Part shown: positions 19,636-30,469 of the stretch, piece by piece
Numbering within the stretch: the first letter of the stretch is position 1
Layout of the letters: every line of letters begins with the position of its first letter
Origin: an uncultured Gemmatimonadales bacterium
GTDB taxonomy: Bacteria; Gemmatimonadota; Gemmatimonadetes; Longimicrobiales; RSA9
DNA length: 64,000 nucleotides
Assembly (NCBI GenBank): GCA_963798085.1
Contig: CAWCRS010000001.1
Coordinates: 384,001 to 448,000, forward strand
Reading direction: 5' to 3'
Notes under the pieces: model-generated
What the model saw: the letters and a program-made list of their open reading frames with translations, nothing else
Database searches by the model: none
Told to the model about the DNA's origin: nothing
Made by a program: the position numbers and the translations under genes

Positions 19636-21747
19636 ATGAAAGCTGTGATCCGTTATCCGTTGACAATACTGCTGTACCTCGGCGCGATTCTCTGCGCGCT
19701 CACGCCCTCCGCGGTGAGAGGCCAGTCGGGGAGGATGGTGGACTGGCCGGTGTATGGCGGCAACACGGAGCACACGCATTACTCGACGCTGGCGCAGATC
19801 ACGCCGGCCAACGTGTCGGCGACCTGCAGGTGGCGTGGACGTACGAGACGCACGACGAGTTCCACGGCTCGGAAATGCAGTCCAACCCGATCGTCATTGA
19901 TGGCGTGCTGTACGCGGCCTCGCCGAAGATGCGGGTGTTCGCGCTCGATGCGGCGACCGGGCGTGAGCTGTGGAGCTTCAACCCGAACAACGGTGGACCG
20001 ACCACGCGCATCCGTTATCGCGGCGTGGTGGTGACCGGCGACCGGGTGCTCTTCAACTATCGCAACAGGTTGTTCGCGCTGGACCGGAAGACGGGGCAGC
20101 CGATTCCTTCCTTCGGCGACAATGGCGTGGTCGATCTGCGCGAAGGGCTGGGGCGGCCAGTCGATAACGTCTCGGTGAGCGCGAGCACACCGGGCGTGGT
20201 GTTCGAGGACCTGCTCATCATGGGCAGCACCGTCAGCGAGTCACTGCCCTCCTCGCCCGGCGACATCCGCGCGTACGACATCCACACGGGCGCGCTGCGC
20301 TGGTCGTTCCACACGATTCCGCACCCGGGTGAGTTCGGCTACGACACCTGGCCGCCGGATGCGTGGAAGGTGTCCGGGGGCGCGAACGCGTGGGCAGGCG
20401 TCACGGTCGATGTCGGCCGCGGCATGGTGTTCGCCGCCACCGGCTCTGCCGCCTTCGACTTCTATGGCGCCAATCGCATCGGCGATGACCTCTTCGCCAA
20501 CACACTGCTCGCGCTGGACGCGCGGCACGGGCCGGCGCATCTGGCACTTCCAGGCGGTGAAGCACGACTTGTGGGACTGGGACTTCCCGGCCGCGCCGGC
20601 GCTGGTCACGGTGACGCGTGATGGCCGCCGCGTCAATGCCGTCGCGCAGATCACCAAGTTCGGGTACGTCTACGTCTTCGAGCGCGAGACCGGCAAACCG
20701 CTCTTCCCCATCGAGTACCGCAAGGTCCCGGCGTCCACGCTGGACGGCGAGAAGACCGCGGAGACGCAGCCGTATCCGGTGAAGCCGCCGCCGTTCATAC
20801 GGCAGCAGCTCACGGAGGCCATGCTGACCACGCGCACGCCGGAAGTGCATGCGGCGGTGCTGGAGACGTTCCGCAAGTACAGCACGGGCATGTTCCAGCC
20901 GCCGGATCTCAAGGGCAACATCATCTTTCCGGGCGTGGACGGCGGTGGCGAGTGGGGCGGCCCCGCTTTCGATCCGGAGACGGGTCTGCTCTACGTCAAC
21001 GCCAACGAGATGCCGTGGATCCAGCGACTCGTGCCGCGCAGCAACAAGTCGCTGTACGCCGCGAACTGCGCCAACTGTCACGGCGATGATCGCAGGGGTT
21101 CATCGCAGTCGCCATCGCTCATCGATGTGGGCGCTCGCCACACGCGGGAGGAGCTGTCGCAGCTGATCCGACAGGGCACCGGGCGCATGTCCGGGTTTGC
21201 GGGTGTGCTCGACAACAATGGCGTGAACGCGCTGATCCATTACCTGCTCACCGGGCAGGACATTGCGGACTCGGTGGTGAGCAACCCGAACTACCTGAAA
21301 TACCGCAGCACCGGGCTCGACATCTTCCTGGCGCCGGACAGTCTGCCGGCGATCACACCGCCCTGGGGCACGCTCAACGCCATCGACCTGAACCGGGGCG
21401 AGATCCGCTGGTCGATTCCCTTCGGCGAGTATCCGCAGCTGGCTGCGCAGGGGATCCACGACACGGGCACGGACAACTACGGCGGCGCCATTGTCACGAC
21501 TAACGGCCTGTTGATCATTGGCGCCACGACCTACGACCGGAAGTTCCACGTGTTCGACAAGCGCACGGGCCGGCTGCTCTGGGAGACGCTGCTGCCCGCC
21601 TCCGGCAACGCCACGCCCTCGACCTACATGGTGAACGGGCGGCAGTACATCGTCATCGCCTGCGGTGGCGGCAAGAACGATGCGGCCTCGGGCGGCACCT
21701 ACGTCGCGTTCGCGCTGCCCGCAGGCGCCGGCAACCGGCCCCGCTGA
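19636..21747 (+). CDS. PQQ-dependent (glucose/quinate-type) dehydrogenase with inserted cytochrome c domain; frameshifts near 19815 and 20525
   Basis: [60 protein letters not shown]. Confidence 0.9.
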
Positions 21748-21831
21748 AGTGCAGGCGAAGGCGCCGGTCACGGGACGGGAAGCGTCGCCTGCAATCCGTG
21801 TGCCGCCGCGTCCGGCCCTTCTAACACACTG

Positions 21832-22626
21832 TCAGTCGAGAAACCACTGCAGCGAGAGGTTCACCTCGGTCTGGTAGATGGCGTGCACGCCATCGAACTC
21901 GTCGTACTGCACGTCGTAGCCATCGTCGCGCAGAGCCGGCACGAGCTGGCGTGAGATGTCGACGGGCAGCACGTCATCCGCGGTGCCGTGCGCAATGAAG
22001 ATGCGGGGCTGCCCCCGCCACTGGTCTTCCACCAGATAACCCGGCGAGTACGCGGCAATGTGGGAGAAGAAGTCGCCGTTCACGAGTCCGGCGGAAAGCG
22101 CGTAGGAAGCGCCGTCGGAGAAGCCGAACAGGCCCATGCGGTCGGTGCGCACGGAGCAGCGTGAGAAGGTCTGCTCGAGCGCGCGGCCGATGAACTCGAT
22201 GTCGGAGCCGGGTCCGAAGCGGGGCACGATCCAGGTGTTGCCGCGTGATTCGGGGGTGAGCATCAGGCAGCCGAACGCGTCCGTGCTCGCGGACATGGCC
22301 GCCACCGAGTCCGCGCCGTGGTAGGCGCCGTGCAGCATCACGACGAGCGGTCTGGGTGTGCCGTGCACGTAGCCGGGCGGGACATAGAGAAAGCCATCCC
22401 GGCCGCTGCTCAGGTTGAGGCGGTAAGTGCCGGGCGTGACGGTACTGGTGGGTGCGTGCGGCTGCACGGTGAGGCGAGGCGAGCCTTCGTCGCCCACATC
22501 CGTGGTGCTGCGACAGCCTGCGAGCGCGGCCAGGGAGCAGCCCGCGCCCAGCAGCCACTGGCGGCGCGTGATCGGTCCGGGCGTGCGCGAATCGACGGGC
22601 TGTGCCCGGCCCTGTGCGGTCTTCAT
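21832..22626 (-). CDS. Alpha/beta hydrolase (phospholipase/carboxylesterase type) with Tat-like signal
   Basis: TRRQWL..LAGC; LVVMLHG; GFSDG nucleophile elbow; HGTADDVL; EFDGVH. Confidence 0.85.
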   Translation of the reverse strand: MKTAQGRAQPVDSRTPGPITRRQWLLGAGCSLAALAGCRSTTDVGDEGSPRLTVQPHAPTSTVTPGTYRLNLSSGRDGFLYVPPGYVHGTPRPLVVMLHGAYHGADSVAAMSASTDAFGCLMLTPESRGNTWIVPRFGPGSDIEFIGRALEQTFSRCSVRTDRMGLFGFSDGASYALSAGLVNGDFFSHIAAYSPGYLVEDQWRGQPRIFIAHGTADDVLPVDISRQLVPALRDDGYDVQYDEFDGVHAIYQTEVNLSLQWFLD

Positions 22627-22842
22627 GTGTGAACGATCCGGCGAGGTGGCGCGCGGGACAATGATAGTGGCAGCGCGTCCGTCCCGGCGACCCCGCCCTT
22701 CGTCCCATGGGGCCGGGTGGCGCGGCAGCGGCCGGCTGTTGTCGGCAACCGGGCGGGCGCGCACTTTTGTGCGCGGGGTCACCGGGCCGCGCCGACGAAC
22801 GGCGAGGCCGGCGCGTGGCTCCGCTCCCAGGCGAGGTGACCC

Positions 22843-23538
22843 ATGAGAAAGTACGGCGCAGAGTTCGTCGGCACGTTCTGGCTGGTGCTCGCGGGCTGCG
22901 GCAGCGCGGTGCTGGCGGCCGCGTTTCCCGGCGTGGGCATCGGCCTGCTGGGCGTTTCGCTCGCGTTCGGCCTGACCGTGCTGACCATGGCGTACGCGAT
23001 CGGTCACATCTCCGGCTGCCACCTGAATCCCGCCGTCTCAATGGGCCTCTGGGCGGGCGGCCGCTTCCCCTCTAACCAGCTGTTACCCTACATCATCGCG
23101 CAGGTGCTGGGCGGCATGGCCGGCGGCGGCGTGCTGCTGGTCATAGCCAGCGGTCATACCGGTTTCGACGTGTCCGCCGGTTTCGCATCCAACGGCTACG
23201 GCGAGCACTCGCCGGGCGGCTACTCGATGCTCGCGGGCCTGGTGAGCGAAGTCGTGATGACAATGATGTTCGTGGTAATCATCATGGGCGCGACCGACAA
23301 GCGCGCGCCGCAGGGCTTCGCGCCCATCGCCATCGGCCTGGGCCTCACACTGACCAACCTGGTCAGCATCCCCGTCACCAACGCATCCATCAATCCCGCG
23401 CGCAGCACCGGCGTCGCCGTGTACGTGGGCGGCTGGGCACTCGCCCAGCTCTGGCTCTTCTGGGTCGCGCCCATCGCAGGCGGATTGATCGGTGCGTTTG
23501 TCTATCGGTTTGTCGCGGGTGGGAAGGACTCGGCGTGA
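22843..23538 (+). CDS. aqpZ: Aquaporin Z
   Basis: [50 protein letters not shown]. Confidence 0.95.
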   Translation: MRKYGAEFVGTFWLVLAGCGSAVLAAAFPGVGIGLLGVSLAFGLTVLTMAYAIGHISGCHLNPAVSMGLWAGGRFPSNQLLPYIIAQVLGGMAGGGVLLVIASGHTGFDVSAGFASNGYGEHSPGGYSMLAGLVSEVVMTMMFVVIIMGATDKRAPQGFAPIAIGLGLTLTNLVSIPVTNASINPARSTGVAVYVGGWALAQLWLFWVAPIAGGLIGAFVYRFVAGGKDSA

Positions 23539-23539
23539 G

Positions 23540-23810
23540 AACGGCGTTGCTCGGGCAGGTTGCTGGGGCTGGTTGCCGGGGAACGACTACGGATGCACGC
23601 CAATGAATGGATGGAAGCGGACTTCAACATCACACGACGGCCGCAGCGGACACGGAGGGGCGCGGCGTCAGCGTGGGGGCGAAGTGAGTCGATGTTCGGG
23701 AACGGATGTCAAACAACGGTGCCGGTCAGTACCCTCCCGGGCCGGCGCCAGCAACGCGGTTCGAATTCGTTCAAGATGTTCCCAGCCCGAGCCCCGGCCC
23801 GAGCCCCAGA
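23540..23810. repeat. Intergenic repeat family 2, convergent pair (23540-23600 +, ~23735-23810 -)
   Basis: AACGGCGTTGCTCGGGCAGGTTGCTGGGGCTGGTTGCC and inverted CCAGCAACGC..CCCAGCCCGAGCCCCGGCCCGAGCCCCAG. Confidence 0.65.
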
Positions 23811-23844
23811 ATCGCCTCACAAGCTTCCTCCAGCGATGTCGCCA

Positions 23845-23883
23845 GAAAGAAAAACCGGAGCAGCGTCGTCACTGCTCCGGCTT
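23845..23883 (-). terminator. Rho-independent terminator of the M28 peptidase gene
   Basis: Stem CCGGAGCAG / CTGCTCCGG followed by a U-tract on the minus strand. Confidence 0.75.
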
Positions 23884-23912
23884 TCGCCGCAGGTCGCCGC
23901 GCTGTTACGGGG

Positions 23913-25610
23913 TTACTGCACGCAGCGGCCGTGCGGGTCGGGTTTCGGCTGATCGACGACGACGCGGTGATCGAGATTGGCTACGGTCTCCGCCACATCA
24001 TGCACCAGCTGGTCCACCCTCGCCATGTGTGCATAATCAATGTACTGGGCCTCGTCCGTCAAGCGGTGGTAGTCCGGGTGCAGCCCTGTGGTGAAGAAAG
24101 TGATGGGGATGCCGTAGCGGGCGTAGTTGTAGTGATCGCTGCGGCAGTAGATGCGCTCGGGGTGGCCGTTGGCGTCGAAGGTGTAGTCGAAGGTGAAGGG
24201 TGACTTCTCCTTCTTGTTCACGGCCTCGACAATGTCGCCCAGCTCGGTGGAGAGCCGGCGTGAGCCCACGAGCTGCAGGTAGTTGGGCCCGCCACCCTTG
24301 AGATCGGCGGCATCGCCGCGGCCCACCATGTCCATGTTGAGCTGCGCGACAATGGAGTCGCGCGGCACGGTGGGATGGTCGGTGAAGTACTCGGAGCCGT
24401 AGAGGCCCAGCTCCTCCGCCGTGTGCCAGACGAACAGCAGCGAGCGCTTCGGCTTGACCGCCGCCTTCTGGAACGCCTCCGCGATCTCGAGCACGGAAAC
24501 CGAGCCGGAGCCGTCGTCGTCGGCGCCGTTGTTCACGGAATCCATTCTTGCGGGCCGGATGCGGTGCAGGCTGTCCACGTTGATGTGGATGGCGGCGATC
24601 TGGTCGGGCGATGGCCGTTCTCCCTCCGGCAGGCTGCGCTGCAGCTTATCGAGTGCAAAGAGGTACGCGCGCAGCGAGTCGTGATCCACCGCGGGTGTGC
24701 GAATGCCGATGTGATCGTTGTGCGCGCCTATTGCGACGTACTCACTCTTGAGCTTCGCATCACTGCCCTGGATGATGGCGACGACGTTTCGTCCGGGCGC
24801 CTTCTCCTCGTTGATGATGATGCGGCCGCTGACGTTCTTGCCGTTGGTTCCCGGGTCCAGCGCATCGACCGGCCGGCCGAAGATGGCCGCGGCGACATTG
24901 GGCGAGATGGTGACCGTCGCGTCAATGGGGTCGGGCGGCGAGTCGGGCTTGAGTGTCACGCGACCACCACCGCCGCGGCCGCCGAAACCGCCAAAGCCAC
25001 CGCCAATGTTGCCGACCGTGGCGACAGCGACGGCCGCTTTCGCGATGCCTTCGGGGACGGGTGCGCCGCCGAAGCCGCCCCGGCCTCGTCCGCCGCCACC
25101 ACGACCGCCGCGGCCGCCCTGTGGCGTCGGCGGGCTGAAGACGACGATTTTGCCGGTCGCCTGCTGCGCCGTGATCAGTACCTCGTCTCCCAGCTTGCCA
25201 CCGTAAACCGCGGGTGCATTGAACGGCTTCACCTCCGCGCCGCGATCGAAGGCAGTGAAATCGGTACCGTAGTGGAATGCCTGACCGTCCACACTGAGCG
25301 TGGAGCTGGCTGCAATACTGCGGCGCACCATGGGCACGTCCTGGAAGAACGTGCCGTTGTCGCCGGCGGGCTGCAGACCGATACGTTTTGCTTCCGCCGC
25401 GATGTACGCGGTGCCCTTGATGTTGGCCTCGGTGCCGGCCTGGCGTCCGAGCATTGAGTCCGCGGCCAGGATGTAGAGCCGCGTCTTCAGGTCGGCGGCG
25501 GTAATGGCCGCGGTGGTCTGGCCGGTTGCGGGCGAGGCTGCAGCCATGGGTAGCGCGCAAAGTCCGGCAGCGATGAGAGCCATGCGGGAATGGCGTCGTC
25601 GTTGAATCAC
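23913..25610 (-). CDS. M28 family aminopeptidase, secreted
   Basis: GAHNDHIG, NGADDDGSG, TAEELGLYGS, NMDMVGR, RSDHYNY, HPDYH. Confidence 0.93.
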   Translation of the reverse strand: MIQRRRHSRMALIAAGLCALPMAAASPATGQTTAAITAADLKTRLYILAADSMLGRQAGTEANIKGTAYIAAEAKRIGLQPAGDNGTFFQDVPMVRRSIAASSTLSVDGQAFHYGTDFTAFDRGAEVKPFNAPAVYGGKLGDEVLITAQQATGKIVVFSPPTPQGGRGGRGGGGRGRGGFGGAPVPEGIAKAAVAVATVGNIGGGFGGFGGRGGGGRVTLKPDSPPDPIDATVTISPNVAAAIFGRPVDALDPGTNGKNVSGRIIINEEKAPGRNVVAIIQGSDAKLKSEYVAIGAHNDHIGIRTPAVDHDSLRAYLFALDKLQRSLPEGERPSPDQIAAIHINVDSLHRIRPARMDSVNNGADDDGSGSVSVLEIAEAFQKAAVKPKRSLLFVWHTAEELGLYGSEYFTDHPTVPRDSIVAQLNMDMVGRGDAADLKGGGPNYLQLVGSRRLSTELGDIVEAVNKKEKSPFTFDYTFDANGHPERIYCRSDHYNYARYGIPITFFTTGLHPDYHRLTDEAQYIDYAHMARVDQLVHDVAETVANLDHRVVVDQPKPDPHGRCVQ

Positions 25611-25848
25611 GATCGTGCTCCGGTTGATGTAAGGGGTGTACCTGCTGACGCACGGGCCGCCCCTTTCGTTGACAACGGCTGGATCGTGCGACGCTTTGCG
25701 CAGCCCCTGGCGGACGCCCTGACTGGCGGCGCCCTCGCCGCCGAAACCGTACCCTTTCCCGCTGTACACACGGCTGGCGTTTGGCTACCTTCGGACCCCG
25801 TCCGGCAGGGGTTCGCCGGGCGTGTGATCCCCACAAGGAGCCCGAAAG

Positions 25849-26718
25849 ATGCAATCATCCGCGCGGCGCCGGGCGGTGGCGCTGCTGATGCTGGTCGTCC
25901 CGTCCCTGGCCCTGCCCCGCGCTGTGCGTGCACAGGATGCCCCGAAGAAGCCATGGTCGTTCACGGGCAAGTTTACGACCGTCTTCACGGCGGGCAATTC
26001 CAGCTCCAGCACGTTCGGACTGGGCACCACGCTGGCGCACGCGCGCAAGGACAACGAGCTGAAGTTCGAGGGCGGCGGTATACGCACGGAATCGGGTCAG
26101 ACCACGCGTCGCGCCGTGGGCACGCCGACCTCCTACCAGCTCCAGGAAAACACCGTCTATCAGAAGACGGCCGAAGCCTATTATCTGCGCGCGCGCAACG
26201 ACCGCCACGTGAAGGACGGATTCATTGTCTTTGCCGGCGTGGACTGGCTGCGCAACACGTTCGCCGGCATTGACAGCCGCTTCCTGGTCGCGGCCGGCGC
26301 GGGCAATGTCTGGGTGAACACCGACCGCTTCCGCTTCAAGACCGACTACGGCGTGACCTACACCTTCCAGCAGGACGTGGTCACCAATCCGTTCATCAAG
26401 CAGAACTTCCCGGGCGTGCGCGCTTCCTACGAGCTGATGCGCCAGGTCACGGCGTCCACCAAGCTGGAGAGTTCGCTCACCGCCGACCTCAATGTGAACC
26501 ACACGAAGGACGTGCGCGGCGACTGGACCAACGCCATGACCATCGCCATTAACAAGGCGTTTGCGTTCCGGCCCGGCCTCGAGCTGCTCTGGCGCAATGA
26601 CCCGGCGCTCAAGGAGGTCGATCTCTTCGACACCGCCGGCAACGCCAACGGCAAGGTGCTCGTGCCCCTGCAGAAGACCGACTCCTTCTTCACCATTGCC
26701 CTCGTCGTGACATTATAG
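25849..26718 (+). CDS. DUF481-like outer membrane beta-barrel protein
   Basis: Signal peptide; TAGNS, RNTFAGIDSR..GAG; amphipathic strands to the C-terminus. Confidence 0.8.
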   Translation: MQSSARRRAVALLMLVVPSLALPRAVRAQDAPKKPWSFTGKFTTVFTAGNSSSSTFGLGTTLAHARKDNELKFEGGGIRTESGQTTRRAVGTPTSYQLQENTVYQKTAEAYYLRARNDRHVKDGFIVFAGVDWLRNTFAGIDSRFLVAAGAGNVWVNTDRFRFKTDYGVTYTFQQDVVTNPFIKQNFPGVRASYELMRQVTASTKLESSLTADLNVNHTKDVRGDWTNAMTIAINKAFAFRPGLELLWRNDPALKEVDLFDTAGNANGKVLVPLQKTDSFFTIALVVTL

Positions 26719-26747
26719 CCGCGCGGCAAGACGGCGGAGTGCAGCCA

Positions 26748-27116
26748 ATGACAGAAGGCGAACAGGCCACGATCACAGCCGTGCAGCGCTTCAATGATGC
26801 CTTCGGCCGTCGCGATGTGGACGCGATCATGGCCGCCATGACGGATGACTGCATCTTCGACAACACGCGACCGTCGCCCGATGGCACGCTGGTCAGCGGC
26901 CAGGCCGCGGTACGCGCCACATGGGAGGAATTCTTCCGGCGTTCACCGCAGGCACGCTTCGATACGGAGGAGATCTTCGCTGCCGGCGACCGCTGCGTCG
27001 TTCGTTGGGTCTACCACTGGCTGCGCGATGGTCAGCCCGGTCATGTGCGCGGTGTCGACATCTTCCTCGTGCGCGACGGACGCGTCGCGGAGAAGCGTTC
27101 CTATGTGAAAGGCTGA
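26748..27116 (+). CDS. SnoaL/NTF2-like protein
   Basis: RFNDAFGRRDVDAIMAAMTDDCIF..HVRGVDIF..DGRVAEKRSYVKG. Confidence 0.88.
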   Translation: MTEGEQATITAVQRFNDAFGRRDVDAIMAAMTDDCIFDNTRPSPDGTLVSGQAAVRATWEEFFRRSPQARFDTEEIFAAGDRCVVRWVYHWLRDGQPGHVRGVDIFLVRDGRVAEKRSYVKG

Positions 27117-27216
27117 TGCCGCTCGCCTGCGCTGCCACATGCGCCACCAGCAATGCCACCAGCCCGGAACCCCCGGCGGGCCGCTGTCCTCGAACCAAGC
27201 CTCTCAGGTAACTGCG

Positions 27217-29578
27217 ATGATCAAGCGTCTCCTGTCGCGAACGGCGCTTCTGCCGCTCGCCCTGTGCCTGCTGCCCGCCGCCGCGCACGCGCAGCGGCCA
27301 CCGATCGATGTCGCGCGCTACACGCGTGCGGAACGCCTGCTCGCGTGGAACACGGAGGACCTGATCTCCGGCGACCAGGTGGTGCCCACGTGGATGCGCG
27401 GCGGCAATCGCTTCTGGTACCGCAACAAGACCGAGGACGGCGCGGAATTCGTGCTCGTCGATCCGGTGCGCGGCACCCGCGCGCTGCTCTTCGATCACGA
27501 CCGGCTCGCCGCCGCCATGTCGCTCGCCGCCGACACGTCCTTCCTCGGCCGCAAGCTGCCGTTCCGCACGTTCCGCTTCTCGGATGACGAGAACAGCATC
27601 CGCTTCAATGCGAACCACAAGGGCTTCACCTGCGACATTGCGGCGCATCGCTGCACGCTCGGGCGACACACTGCCCAACGAATCCGGCTACGTGCGCTCA
27701 CCCGATGGCCGCATGGAAGCCTTCATCCATCAGCACGATCTGTGGATCCGGCCCGTACGGCGGCGGCGACTCCGACCCGTCTGACGACGGATGGCGAAGC
27801 GCTGTTCGAGTACGGCAACCAGGCGCCACGCCCCACAGAGATCGTCAATCACCTCAAGCAGCGGCCCGTGCTGCAGTGGTCGCCGGACTCGAAGAAGATC
27901 GCGATCCAGCGCATGGATGAGCGCAAGACGCCGATGATGCCGCTCTACTCGTCCACACACGAGCGGCCCATGCTCTACCAGTATCCGTATCCGCTGCCCG
28001 GTGATTCCGATGCTGCCTTCGGTTCGACATCCACATCATCGATGTGGCGACGAAGTCGAACGTCCGCGTCGAACGTCCCGCCGCAGCCGTATCTCACCTT
28101 CACCACCACGGGTGTCGCGGATTCGACCTGGCTGACGGTGAAGTGGAAGGATGGCAGCAACCGCCTCTACTTCACGCACGCGGTGCGCGGCGCCAAGCGC
28201 ATCCAGCTCATGGAAGCGAACGTGCAGACGGGCGAGGCGCGTCTGATCGTGAAGGACACACTGGCCACGCAGGTCGAGCTGAACCTCGACATCGTCGCGG
28301 GCAAGCCGAACTGGGACGTCATCAACAACGGCAATGACGTGATCTGGTTCTCCGAGGCCGATGGCTGGGCGCACCTCTACCGTTACGACGCCAATGGCAA
28401 ACTGAAGAATCGCATCACGCAGGGCCCGTGGACCTTCGGCGATCTGCTCTGCATTGACGAGGCGGCCGGTCGCATGTACTTCACGGCGAGAGGCCGCGAG
28501 ACCGATCGCATGCCGGTGATGGCGGAGTTCTACGCAGTCAACCTGGATGGCACGGGTCTCACAAAGCTGGGCGGCGAGCCGGCCGATCACACGGTCAGCG
28601 CGACACCCGACGGCAAGTACTTCGTCGACAGCTACTCGCGCCCCGACATGCCGCCCGTCACCGTGCTGCGCGACCGCACGGGCAAGGTGGTGCGCAAGCT
28701 CGAGGAAGCCGATGTTTCACGGCTGAAGCAGATCGGCTGGTCGCCGCCCGAAGTCTTCGAGTACAAGGCAAGGGATGGCATCACGTCGATGTACGGGCTG
28801 ATCTACCGGCCATCGGACTTCGATCCGACGAAGAAGTATCCCGTCGTCGAATACATCTATCCGGGTCCCTTCATTGGCAGTGTGGGCCGCTGGAACTTCG
28901 GCGGCGGCGCACTCGGCAGCGCGCTGCGCGCGGATCAGGACGCGCTCGCCGAGCTGGGCTTCATTGTCGTACAGATGGATCACCTCGGCACGCCCTTCCG
29001 CGCCAAGGCCATCGAGGACAACTACTGGGGCAACATGGGGGACAACGGAATCCCGGACCACATTGCCGGACTGAAGCAGCTGGCCGCGCGCTACTCGTAC
29101 ATGGACCTGGACGCGCGTCGGCATCTACGGCCATTCCGGCGGCGGCTTCGCCTCGACGGACGCGATCCTCCGCTATCCCGACTTCTACAAGGTCGCGGTC
29201 TCCTCCTCGGGCAACCACGACAACCACACCTACCACGCCGCCTACGCGGAGAAATACGAGGGCCTGCTCAAGCGCGACACCGTGCACCACACCGACAACT
29301 ACGCCAACCAGGTGAACGCGTCGCTGGCGAAGAATCTGAAGGGCAGGCTGTTCCTCATGACCGGCGACATGGATGACAACGTGCACCCATCCATGACGCT
29401 GCAGGTCGTGAACGCGCTGATCGCCGCTAACAAGACATTCGACTTCCTGATGCTGCCCAACCGCACGCACGACCTGAACGAGCCCTATGTCATACGGCGG
29501 CGCTGGGACTATTTCGTCGAGAACCTGCTGGGCATGGAGCCGCCCCGGGACTACGAGATCCGGAGGCCGACGAGTTAG
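27217..29578 (+). CDS. S9 family dipeptidyl peptidase IV-like protein, several frameshifts
   Basis: WSPDSKKI, DGWAHLY, YPVVEYIYPGP, VGIYGHSGGG (shifted frame near 29120), GDMDDNVH, PNRTH. Confidence 0.9.
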
Positions 29579-29587
29579 CTTGACGCA

Positions 29588-29704
29588 AACGGCGTTGCTG
29601 GGGCTGGTTGCCGGGGCTGGTTGCTCGGGAACGGAGCTACGGATTCGAACTTGGGCTGGGGCTGGCGCTCCGGCTGGAGTTGGGAACGGACGAACCGGAT
29701 CGGA
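29588..29704 (+). repeat. Intergenic repeat family 2
   Basis: AACGGCGTTGCTGGGGCTGGTTGCCGGGGCTGGTTGCTCGGGAACGGAGCTACGGA. Confidence 0.75.
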
Positions 29705-30469
29705 CTAGAGGATCGGCTTCAGTAGCGCTTCGCGGTGGCTGCGGCTGACGCGCAGGGAGCGGCCGTCGCTCAGGATCGCGATGTAGTCGCCGCCGGTCCA
29801 TGGCTGGACTTCCGTAATGCGGTCCAGGTTGACGATGGTCGAGCGGTGGATGCGCGCGAAGCGTGAGGGATCGAGCTGGCGCTCGAGCGCGGCCAGCGTG
29901 CTGCGGATCACTTCGGACGCGCGCCCCATGTGCAGGCGCACGTAATTGCCTTCAGCCTCGAACCAGTCCACATCATCGATGGCGACGTAGCGGATCCGGT
30001 CCTGCTCGCGAATCGTGACCCGGCGCGCGGCCGGGTTCGCGCGCGGAGCGCGCGCATCCAGCAGCGCCGCCAGCTGCCGGGCGAGTGCGTCGGAGGCGGG
30101 CGTGTGCAGGCAGGCGATGGCGTGCAGCACGGCGTCCTGCAGGCGGGTGTCATCGAAGGGCTTGAGCACGTAGTCGAGCGCGTGGATCTCGAAGGCGCGG
30201 ATGGCGTGCGCGTCGTACGCCGTGATGAACACCACCGCGGGCATCGCATCCCGGCCGATCGCTTCGATCACGCCAAAGCCATCTTCCCCGGGCATCTGCA
30301 CGTCGAGCAGCACGAGGTCCGGCTGCAGCCGGCGGATCGCGTCGATGGCGCTCTGGCCGTCGGCGCACTCACCCGCGACCTCGACCTGCGGCAGCCGCTC
30401 CAGCACCACGCGCACGCAGTCCCTCGCCAGCGGCTCGTCGTCGACGATCAGGATGCGTGCGGCCGGCAT
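29705..30469 (-). CDS. LytTR family response regulator
   Basis: IVDDEPLAR, LLDVQMP, TAYD, DYVLKP, FARIHRSTIVN. Confidence 0.95.
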   Translation of the reverse strand: MPAARILIVDDEPLARDCVRVVLERLPQVEVAGECADGQSAIDAIRRLQPDLVLLDVQMPGEDGFGVIEAIGRDAMPAVVFITAYDAHAIRAFEIHALDYVLKPFDDTRLQDAVLHAIACLHTPASDALARQLAALLDARAPRANPAARRVTIREQDRIRYVAIDDVDWFEAEGNYVRLHMGRASEVIRSTLAALERQLDPSRFARIHRSTIVNLDRITEVQPWTGGDYIAILSDGRSLRVSRSHREALLKPIL

